The translations under genes were made by a program, and so were the position numbers. A DNA stretch of 32,000 nt from an uncultured Acidobacteriota bacterium (GTDB taxonomy: Bacteria; Acidobacteriota; Vicinamibacteria; Vicinamibacterales; CAVVIG01): the NCBI GenBank assembly GCA_963821285.1, contig CAWGDD010000012.1:9027-41026 (forward strand), in the 5' to 3' direction. Below, piece after piece: positions 23,668 to 31,591 of the stretch (position 1 is the stretch's first letter; each line of letters begins with the position of its first letter). A model generated the notes under the pieces. The model searched no databases. It had not been told where the DNA came from and saw only the letters and a program-made list of their open reading frames with translations.

Positions 23668-24914
23668 TTTTGCCTCCCTCCGTTTTGCGCGTCGTCGTCG
23701 CGGCCCTTGGCGGCGCGGCAATCGGCTTCGAACGCCAGTGGTCCGGGCACGCGACCGGGCCCCGTGCGCGATTCGGGGGAATCCGCACGTTCACGATGCT
23801 CGGCGGCCTCGCCGGCCTCGCGGGCTGGCTCGTCACCATCAACCTGACCGGCTTCGCCATCGTCCTGACCGCTGGAGCCGTCGCGCTCGTCATCGCGGGC
23901 TACGTCGCAGCCAGTCGCGTTGAGGTGGACGCCACGACGGAGACGGCGGCACTGATCGTCGTGGCCGCCGGAGTCGCCGCCGGCTTGGGCTGGCTCGCGC
24001 TGTCGAGCGGTATCGTCGCCGTGACCACGCTTCTGCTCGTCGAGAAATCCAGGCTCCATGCGATGGTGGGGCGGCTGGACGACGAGGAGATGCGTGCCGC
24101 GGCGCGCTTCGGCGTGATGGCGATCGTCGTCCTGCCGCTCCTGCCCGAGGGACCGATCGGGCCGTTCGGCGGCTTCAGGCCGCGGGCGCTGTGGCTGCTG
24201 GTGCTGTTCTTCACGGGCCTGAGCTTCGCCGGCTACCTGGCCCGCCGCACCTTTGGCGCCGGCAAGGGCTATCCGCTAGCGGGGATCCTCGGCGGCCTGA
24301 TTTCGTCCACCAACACCACGTTCACGTTCGCGCGCCTGAGCCGCCGCGAGAAGGCGCTCTCCGGCCCGCTGGCCGCCGGCACGATCGGCGCGTGCGCGAT
24401 GCTGTTTCCGCGCGTGCTCGTCGCGGCCTCCGTGCTGAACCTGCCGGTCGCACGGCTCCTGCTCCCGTACCTGGTGGTGCCATTTGCGATCGGAGCGCTC
24501 GCGCTGGCGTTCTGGTGGAGAAGAAGCCGCAAAGAGCTGCGCGGCCATCACGAGCCGCCCGCCAATCCCCTGCAGCTCTTTCCCGCGCTGCAGATGGCGG
24601 CGGTCTTTCAGATCGTGCTGTTCGGGGTCGATGCGGCGCGCCGCGCGTTCGGGAACCCAGGCCTGCTCGTGTCGGGTGCCGTGCTCGGGCTGACCGACGT
24701 GGACGCGCTGACGATTTCCATGACTACCACGCCGAGCGCCGGCAGCGCGCCCGCCGTCGCCGCGCAAGTGATCGCGGTCGGCATCCTGACGAACTGCCTG
24801 TTGAAGATGGGCGTGGCCGCTGCGCTCGGAAGCCCGCGCTTCGCCAGGGCGACGGCGGGCCTGCTGGCCGCCATGGCCATCGCCCTCATGGTCGCGCTCG
24901 GCGTTCTTCGCTGA
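23646..24914 (+). CDS. MgtC/SapB-type N-terminal domain plus DUF4010 polytopic membrane protein
   Basis: AALGGAAIGFERQW...GIRTFTMLG is the MgtC-family N-terminal signature, followed by about 10 further TM helices as in DUF4010 proteins. The track start (GTG 23646) lies inside the repeat array. TTG 23670 or TTG 23685 are equally plausible starts. Confidence 0.75.
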   Translation: MVLDLSDFLPPSVLRVVVAALGGAAIGFERQWSGHATGPRARFGGIRTFTMLGGLAGLAGWLVTINLTGFAIVLTAGAVALVIAGYVAASRVEVDATTETAALIVVAAGVAAGLGWLALSSGIVAVTTLLLVEKSRLHAMVGRLDDEEMRAAARFGVMAIVVLPLLPEGPIGPFGGFRPRALWLLVLFFTGLSFAGYLARRTFGAGKGYPLAGILGGLISSTNTTFTFARLSRREKALSGPLAAGTIGACAMLFPRVLVAASVLNLPVARLLLPYLVVPFAIGALALAFWWRRSRKELRGHHEPPANPLQLFPALQMAAVFQIVLFGVDAARRAFGNPGLLVSGAVLGLTDVDALTISMTTTPSAGSAPAVAAQVIAVGILTNCLLKMGVAAALGSPRFARATAGLLAAMAIALMVALGVLR

Positions 24915-24921
24915 GATCTCA

Positions 24922-24975
24922 GGACCCCTGGGACCCCTCGGACCTCTCGGACCCCTCGGACCCCTGGGACCTATC
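24922..24975. repeat. 6 tandem nonamers GGACCYCTS, single arm
   Basis: Units: ggacccctg ggacccctc ggacctctc ggacccctc ggacccctg ggacctatc. It lies between convergent genes, and the last unit overlaps the ppc stop codon (24971-24973). Confidence 0.95.
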
Positions 24976-27799
24976 CCGTGGCGCCAAGCCCCCCGGCGAT
25001 GGCGTTGACGGTGAGCAGGAGCGGCGGGAGGACCGCGGCGGCAGCTTCAGCGTCGCCCACGCGGTTGGCGCGCCGCCAGTCGCGCAGGAGCGCGATCTGC
25101 CGATCGTGCAGGACGCGGAGCGGCGCCCGCCGCATCTGCACGGTCGCATGGATGTTCGGGCGGCGCTCGGCGAGCGTCCCCCGATAGATCCGCTCGAGCA
25201 TCAGCGACGTCCGCTCGAACTCGCGCGTGATCAGCCCGAAGATGTCCGCACGGCACACCTCGTCTTCGACGAGGCAGGCGTAGGCCCGCATGACGTCGAG
25301 GTCGGCCGCCGCGATGCACGTGGCGGCGTTGCTCAGCGCGTAGTGCAGCGGCGCCCATGTGTAGAGATGCTGCAAGAGCCCGGCGAACTCGTCCGGGCGT
25401 TCCGCCTGCAGCGCCTCGAGCGCGCTCCCCACGCCGTACCAACCCGGAATGACGTACCGGGCCTGGCTCCAGCTGAACACCCACGGGATCGCCCGGAGGT
25501 CCTCGAGCGCGGGCTGCCCGGTCCGGCGCGACGGACGCGACCCGATCCGGCTTTCCTCGATCGCATCGATCGGCGTGGCCTGCCGGAAGAACGCAAGGAA
25601 CCCCGGCGCCCTGCCGCAGATGGGTGTACGTCTGCCGGCTCCGCTCGGCGAGCCAGTCCATCGTCGGCTCCAGCACGTGCGGCGGCTCGGGCGCGTGCTG
25701 GTCGAGCAGCGTCGCGCGGGCCACGCCCGCGAACAGCAGCTCCAGGTTGTAGACGGCCGTCAGGCGGTTCGCGAACTTCTGCTCGATCGCCTCGCCCTGC
25801 TCCGTCACCCGCAGGTCGCCGTTCAATGCCGACGGGTGGATCGCCTTCACGAACCGGTGCTCGGGCCCGCCGCCGCGCGACATCGTTCCCCCACGGCCGT
25901 GCAGGAACCGGATCCTGACGCCCGACTCGCGTCCGGCGCGGACGAGCGCGGCCTCGGCGCGGTAGAGACTCCAGAGGCTCGCAAGGATGCCGCCGTCCTT
26001 GTTGCTGTCGCTGTAGCCGACGACGACCTGCTGAATATGTTCACTGCCTCCGGGCCCCTTGGGCCCTCCGGCCTGGCGGCGCTGCTGTTCGAGGCTCCGG
26101 CGCGTCATCGGATGCCGGAGGAATGCCCGGAGGATCTCCGGGCTTCGCTCGAGGTCCTCGATCGTCTCGAACAGCGGCACCACCGGCAGCCGGCACGCCA
26201 GCCCCGATCCGTCGTTCGTCGTCAGGCCCACTTCGCGGGCGAGCAGATACACGCCGAGCAGGTCGGACGCGCTGCGCGTCATGCTGACGATGAGCGCGCC
26301 CAGGCCGTCCGGGCCGTGGTCGCGCACGTGATCCGCCAGCACGCGGAAGGTCGCCAGGGCCGCGTCGGCCTCCGGACCCGCCGACAGATCCGCGCGGAGA
26401 AACGGCCGCGGCGACGCCAGCTCGCGATCGAGGAACTCCAGCCGGCGCTCTTCGGTCCAGCGCGGGTAGTCGGACGGCTCGAGCCCGGCGGCCCGCTGCA
26501 ACTGCCCGATCGCGCGTTCGTAAAACGCGCTGTTCTGGCGGATGTCGAGCGACGCCAGATGAAACCCGAACGTCTCCGCCGTCCGAATCACCGGCGCGAC
26601 GGCGGCGTCCGCCACGCGCCAGGCACCGACGGCGACGAGCGACTCCTGCAGCAGCCGCAGATCGGCGATGAGTTCGGCGGCGCGCTGGTACCCTCCTGAA
26701 CCCGGTCGCAGACGTCCGCCTTCGGGGTAGACGCTTTCGAGCGGCAGCTGCGCCAGCATCAGGCCGACAAACCGACGCCAGGTCTCGCCGGCTTCGATAG
26801 TGTCTCCCCCGCCCTGCAGCGGGCGGGGTACGCGCTTCCACGAGATCGCCGACGCGGGCGATCAACGCCGGTGGCGGCGGCTCGAGGCGATCCGACAGGC
26901 TCACCTGCCGGCCGAGCGCGACGAGCTGACGCTGGAGCAACAGCAACGCGTGCAGGCGCAGATCCTCGAGCGTCTCCCGCGTGACGTCCGGCGTCACCAG
27001 TGGGTGCCCGTCCTGATCGCCGCCCACCCAGGTTCCCAGACGGCACCGCGGCAGCTGCTCGGGAGCCCGAAGCAGATCCGGGTCGAAGCCCAGGTGCTCC
27101 CAGCTCTGACGCAGCCGGCCGTCGAGCGCCGGCAGGACGTCGGGAAAGACGCGTGTAGAGGTAGTGCATGACGTTCCGCCGCTCGGCCGCCACGTCGGGC
27201 TTGTGCAGGAAGATTTCGCCCGTGCGCCACAGGAGCGACAGCAGCGTCTTGAACTCGTCGCGAATCGCGCGCTGCTCGTTGGGCGTCCACACCTGGTTCT
27301 CGCGCTTCACGAGCAGCAGGTAGAGGCTGCGATGGTGCTCGAGGACGATGGTGCGCTTCGCCTCGGTCGGGTGCGCGGTCAGCACCAGCTCGACCTGCAC
27401 GCGCTGCAGCGTCGCCGCGATCTGATCGGCCGTGAGGCCGCGGTCTCTCAACTGCTCGAGGCTCTGTCCCCACAGCGCCTGCAATGCCGACGGTCCGTGC
27501 GCCGCCTCGGTGGAGCGCTGCTGCTGGATCGCCGCGTTCTGCTCCACCAGGCTCAGCAGGTGAAACGCGATCGAGTACGCGCGCGACAGCCGGTCGGGCG
27601 ATACCGAGTCGTCGCCCGCGGCCGCATCGGCGATGCGCCACGGCAGCTGGCGCGCGAGGCGGTGCTCCTGCGCCTCGACCAGGACCTCGGACAGGCAGCC
27701 CATCACGAAGGCGAGATCGCGTTCGACCTTCTGCGGATCGAGAACCAGAATCGGCGACAGGATCATGTTGGGAGCCGATCCGGCCGACGCAACGAGCAT
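24971..27799 (-). pseudogene. ppc: phosphoenolpyruvate carboxylase, reading frame broken three times as given (possible sequencing artefacts)
   Basis: PEPC motifs are spread over four track ORFs or frames: VLTAHPTEAKR (26759..27799 ORF), GGDQDGHPLVTPDVT (26041..27027), VVVGYSDSNKDGG and LHGRGGTMSRGGGP (25047..26759), FSWSQARY...LLTVNAIAGGLGATG (24971..25480). Frame switches are needed near 27149-27160, 26795-26845 and 25601-25604. Confidence 0.9.
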
Positions 27800-27859
27800 G
27801 CCGCGCGGATCCGGGGCATGAATCGACCCCGCGCACGCGATTCAGACATTCCTGTGGTG

Positions 27860-27881
27860 TTGTAAGACCCCACCCTTACAA
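27860..27881. promoter_or_regulatory. perfect 7-bp inverted repeat TTGTAAG-N8-CTTACAA in the ppc/pfk divergent gap (candidate operator)
   Basis: Read directly: ttgtaag (27860-27866) accccacc cttacaa (27875-27881). It lies 59 nt upstream of the pfk ATG 27940 and 61 nt upstream of the ppc ATG 27799. Confidence 0.25.
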
Positions 27882-27939
27882 GAACGTTGCACACGAGCGC
27901 CCGGGCCGCAGTCGCGATCCCGCGCTAAAATTGGACAAG

Positions 27940-29344
27940 ATGAAGCGCATCGGCATCCTCACCGCCGGCGGCGACACGCCCGCCCTCAACGCGGCCATTC
28001 ACGGCGCGGTGGTCCGCGCGAACAAGCTGCGGATCGAGATCTACGGGCTCATCAAGGGCTTCAACTGCCTGTTCAACCCGCGCGTGCCGCATCTCCATCT
28101 GAATCCGCTGTTCCAGGAGATCCCGGAGCTCGATCCGACCAAGGGCGGCACGCTCATCGGCTCGTCGCGCGACTACGTCGATCCGGAGAAGAAGGCCGAT
28201 CTCGATCTCATTTCCTCGCGCCTCACGAAGCTCGGCATCGAAGGGCTCATCTGCGATCGGCGGCGACGGCACGCTCAACGCGCTGCAGCCGCTGGCCGAG
28301 CGGCTGCCCACCGTCCTCGCGCCCAAGACGATCGACAACGATCTCGGGCTGAACTACCCGAGCGAGCCCGACGAGTGGGTCCGCGTGAAGGATCCCGACG
28401 CGACCCACGGCTATCGCTACACGCGCACGCCGTCCAACGCCAACTTCGATCTCAACCACATCGTGAACTACGCGACGCCGGGGTACGCGACCGCCGTCTT
28501 CGTCACCGCGCAGGGCGTCGAGCGTCTCCGGACGACGGCGGAGAGCCATCGCCGCATCGCGATCATCGAGGTGATGGGGCGGCATTCGGGCTACATCGCG
28601 CTCGGCACGGCGTACGGCCAGCCGGACATCATCCTCGTCCCCGAGCATCCGCTCGACATGACGCTGCTCGTCGAGCGCGTCAAGCACCTCTACGAGCTCC
28701 AGAAGAACGTCGTCATCGTCTGCGGCGAGGGCATGGTCGACGAGGAGGGCAACGAGCTGGGCGCCGTGTCGACGTCCATCGACCCGGCCGGCAATGTGCT
28801 GTTGTCCGGCGCCGCCGAGGCGCTGCGCGAACGGATGATCAAGGAGCTGGGCGATCGCTACTTTCAGCTCTATCGCCGCGGCAGCTCGGCGCGCGAGGCG
28901 ATCTTCACCAGAAAAGTCGGCCACACGCAGCGCGGCGGGCGGCCGATTCTGTTCGATCGGTTCTACGCGGCCGCGCTCGGCGCCAAGGCCGTCGATCTGC
29001 TCGTCGAGGGGCGCAACAACGCCGTGTCGGTGCTGCAGTACCACGCCCAGAACGGCTTCCACGTCGAGGGGTACGACGCGAACCGGTTCCGCGACCGCTG
29101 GGGCCTGATTCACGCCCGGCAGATGCACCCGGCGTTCTACGATCCGCTGATGATGAAGCCGTCGCGGATCGGCATCGAGTACCTGCTGCCGATCTTCACC
29201 GACGCGATCGGCAGCGACGATGCGGAGCACATGCGGCAGACGCTGTTCGACCCCGGCAACCTCGCGCAGCCGTATCACTCGATCAACACCGACATCCACA
29301 AGCGCATCCGCTACCTCGACGCCGACCACGACGCTCGCGACTAG
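27940..29344 (+). pseudogene. pfk: 6-phosphofructokinase (PfkA family, long form; ATP versus PPi dependence not resolvable), frame broken once at 28252-28255 (possible sequencing artefact)
   Basis: MKRIGILTAGGDTPALNAAI is in the first frame. After ...IEGLIC the conserved IGGDGTLNA...PKTIDNDL...VMGRHSGYIAL continues in the +1 frame. Removing one nucleotide from tgcg (28252-28255) restores one 467-codon ORF. Confidence 0.9.
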
Positions 29345-29351
29345 CTGCCAG

Positions 29352-29439
29352 CGACGTGGAACGCAGAGATCGCGGAGATCGCTGAGATCCCGATAGATAG
29401 ATAACTCTGCGTTCTCGGCGGGCTCTGCGTTCCACGTCG
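29352..29439. repeat. nonamer arrays (ATCGCNGAG / CTCNGCGNN) enclosed by a perfect 17-bp inverted repeat
   Basis: cgacgtggaacgcagag (29352-29368) is the exact reverse complement of ctctgcgttccacgtcg (29423-29439). Inner units: atcgcggag atcgctgag atcccgata gatagataa ctctgcgtt ctcggcggg. It lies between the pfk stop (29344) and the ABC ATPase start. Confidence 0.95.
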
Positions 29440-30434
29440 TGACTGGCGCTGAAAATGGGTATGCTGTGCAGGTGCTCGCGATCCGCTGCGCGAATCTGGT
29501 CAAGACGTACGCGGCGAAGCCGCCGGTCGAGGCCGTACGCGGCCTGGACCTCGCCGTCGAACGGGGCGAATGCTTCGGCCTGCTGGGGCCGAACGGCGCC
29601 GGCAAGACGACCACCATCGAGATCATCGAAGGCCTGCTCGACGCGACGTCCGGCGAGGTCGAGGTGCTCGGCATGCGCTGGGGCCGGCAGGACGACGACA
29701 TCCGCCAGCGCATCGGCATCTCGCTGCAGGAGACCAAGCTCTCCGACAAGCTCACGGTCCGCGAAACGCTGACCCTCTTTCGCAGCTTCTATCGCCAGGG
29801 GCTCACGCCGGACGAAGCCATCGCGCGCGTGTCGCTCGAGGAAAAGGCCGGCGTGTGGGTCGGCAAGCTCTCCGGCGGGCAACAACAGCGCCTCGCGGTC
29901 GCCTGCGCGCTGGTCGGCGACCCGGAGGTGCTGTTCCTCGACGAGCCGACGACCGGCCTCGACCCGCAGTCACGGCGCCAGCTGTGGGACATCATCCGGA
30001 CGCTTCGTACGCAAGGCCGCACCGTCCTGCTGACCACTCACTACATGGACGAAGCCGAACGCCTCTGCGATCGCGTGGCCATCGTCGATCACGGGAAGGT
30101 CATCGCGCTCGGATCGCCGCGCGACCTGATTGCGAGCCTGGGCGGCGAACACGTGGTGGACATCACGCTGATGAACGGCGAAACCCGCGATACGACCGCG
30201 TCAATCGACATGTCCGAGCTCTTCCGCGAGACGCCGGCCGTCACCGCGGTGCGTCAGGAAGCCGATCACTATGCCCTCTCGGTCACCGAGCCGCACCTGG
30301 CACTGCCGGCGATCCTCGAGCGGCTCCGCCAGAAGCAGCTCGAGCTGGCCAGCCTCACCACACGCCACGCCAGCCTCGAGGACGTCTTCGTGACGCTGAC
30401 GGGCCGCCATCTCCGCGACGAGGCGGCGTCATGA
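29439..30434 (+). CDS. ABC transporter ATP-binding protein (ABC-2 / DrrA-like exporter subfamily)
   Basis: Walker A GPNGAGKTT, Q-loop, signature LSGGQQQRL, Walker B VLFLDEPTTGLD, H-loop TTHYMDEA. The start is uncertain (GTG 29439 touches the inverted repeat; GTG 29466 is the alternative). The stop overlaps the permease start (ATGA). Confidence 0.9.
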   Translation: MTGAENGYAVQVLAIRCANLVKTYAAKPPVEAVRGLDLAVERGECFGLLGPNGAGKTTTIEIIEGLLDATSGEVEVLGMRWGRQDDDIRQRIGISLQETKLSDKLTVRETLTLFRSFYRQGLTPDEAIARVSLEEKAGVWVGKLSGGQQQRLAVACALVGDPEVLFLDEPTTGLDPQSRRQLWDIIRTLRTQGRTVLLTTHYMDEAERLCDRVAIVDHGKVIALGSPRDLIASLGGEHVVDITLMNGETRDTTASIDMSELFRETPAVTAVRQEADHYALSVTEPHLALPAILERLRQKQLELASLTTRHASLEDVFVTLTGRHLRDEAAS

Positions 30435-31480
30435 CGCCGCTCGTCCAGCTCGTGCTCGCGCGGCTGCGGGCGTTCTACCGGGAGCCCGGCGCGGTGTTCT
30501 GGGTGTACGGCTTCCCGCTGCTCATGGTCGTCGCGCTGGGCATCGCCTTCCGCGCGAACCCCGTCGAAAAAGTGACGGTCGACGTGCAGGCGGGTCCGCG
30601 GGCCGAACAGGTTCGCGACGCGCTGCTCCAGCAGTCGACCGGCAAGAGCCTGACGTTCGCCGTCCGCATCGACGACGAGGAGACCAGCCGGCGGCGCCTC
30701 CGCACCGGCAAGACGGATCTCGTGGTGCTCGTCTCCTCCGACGGCAGCTATCAGTACCGTCTCGACCGGAGCCGCGCCGAAAGCCGTCTCGCGCGGACCG
30801 CCGTGCACGAGGCCCTGCAGCGCGCGGCCGGCCGGACCGATCCGGTCCCGACGCTGGCCGACGAGGAGATGCTCGAGCCCGGCAGCCGCTACATCGACTT
30901 CCTGGTGCCCGGGCTCGTCGGCATGGGCCTGATGGGCGGCGGGCTGTGGGGCGTCGGCTTCGCCATCGTCGACATGCGGATCCGCAAGCTGCTCAAGCGG
31001 TTCGTCGCCACGCCCATGCGCCGCAGCGATTTCCTCCTCGGCATCATGATCAGCCGCCTGGTGTTCATGATCCCGGAAGTGGTCGTGATCCTGATCTTCG
31101 CGCGCGTCTTTTTCGGCGTCGTCGTGGCCGGCAGCTTCGGCGCGGTGCTGGTGCTGATCCTCGTCGGCGCCTTCACGTTCGCCGGCCTCGGGCTCCTGGT
31201 CGCGTGCCGTGCGAAGACGCTCGAGGCCGTGTCGGGCCTGATGAACCTGACGATGCTGCCGATGTGGCTGCTGTCGGGAATCTTCTTCTCGCCCGATCGG
31301 TTCCCTCAGGCCGTGCAGCCGCTCATCAGGCTCGTCCCGCTGACGCCGCTCATCGAAGGCCTTCGCGCCGTGATGCTCGAAGGCGCATCCCTCGCCTCAC
31401 AGAGCCTGAACGTCGCCATTCTGCTGGCGTGGGGCGCCGTCACGTTCGCCCTCGGGATCAAGCTGTTCCGCTGGAACTAA
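30431..31480 (+). CDS. ABC-2 type transporter permease
   Basis: 349 aa. ATG 30431 overlaps the upstream stop by 4 nt. One N-terminal TM, a large loop, then five C-terminal TM helices. This is the typical ABC-2 membrane-protein layout. Confidence 0.85.
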   Translation: MTPLVQLVLARLRAFYREPGAVFWVYGFPLLMVVALGIAFRANPVEKVTVDVQAGPRAEQVRDALLQQSTGKSLTFAVRIDDEETSRRRLRTGKTDLVVLVSSDGSYQYRLDRSRAESRLARTAVHEALQRAAGRTDPVPTLADEEMLEPGSRYIDFLVPGLVGMGLMGGGLWGVGFAIVDMRIRKLLKRFVATPMRRSDFLLGIMISRLVFMIPEVVVILIFARVFFGVVVAGSFGAVLVLILVGAFTFAGLGLLVACRAKTLEAVSGLMNLTMLPMWLLSGIFFSPDRFPQAVQPLIRLVPLTPLIEGLRAVMLEGASLASQSLNVAILLAWGAVTFALGIKLFRWN

Positions 31481-31492
31481 CGTCTACGAAAC

Positions 31493-31572
31493 GCACGGAG
31501 CCACAGAGGCACCGAGAGCACCGAGGGTTTCTACATATGAGAAATGCCTCTGTGATCTCTGTGCCTCCGTGG
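31493..31572. repeat. inverted pair of nonamer arrays (CACNGAGNC / GNCTCNGTG) around an AT-rich loop
   Basis: Left arm: gcacggagc cacagaggc accgagagc accgagggt. Loop: ttctacatatgagaaat. Right arm: gcctctgtg atctctgtg cctccgtgg. It lies between convergent stops 31480 and 31592. Confidence 0.9.
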
Positions 31573-31591
31573 CCAACGCACGTGGCAGTCG

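Noticed and set aside
21521-28255. Programmed ribosomal frameshifting as the explanation for the frame breaks
   Set aside because: There are no slippery heptamers or stimulatory structures of the known prfB/dnaX/IS type at the sites. No precedent is known to me in ppc, pfk or S8 protease genes. Three separate events in one gene is implausible for a programmed mechanism.
27484-29385. The 633-aa ORF 27484..29385(+) as a single protein
   Set aside because: Only residues encoded by 27940-28254 are PFK-like. The rest is an Arg-rich out-of-frame reading. The true continuation is in the frame of ORF 28385..29344.
3377-31572. Whether the short-unit arrays are CRISPR arrays
   Set aside because: The units are 7-9 nt and directly abut each other with no unique spacers. 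Many arrays are paired with an inverted copy. No cas genes are present.
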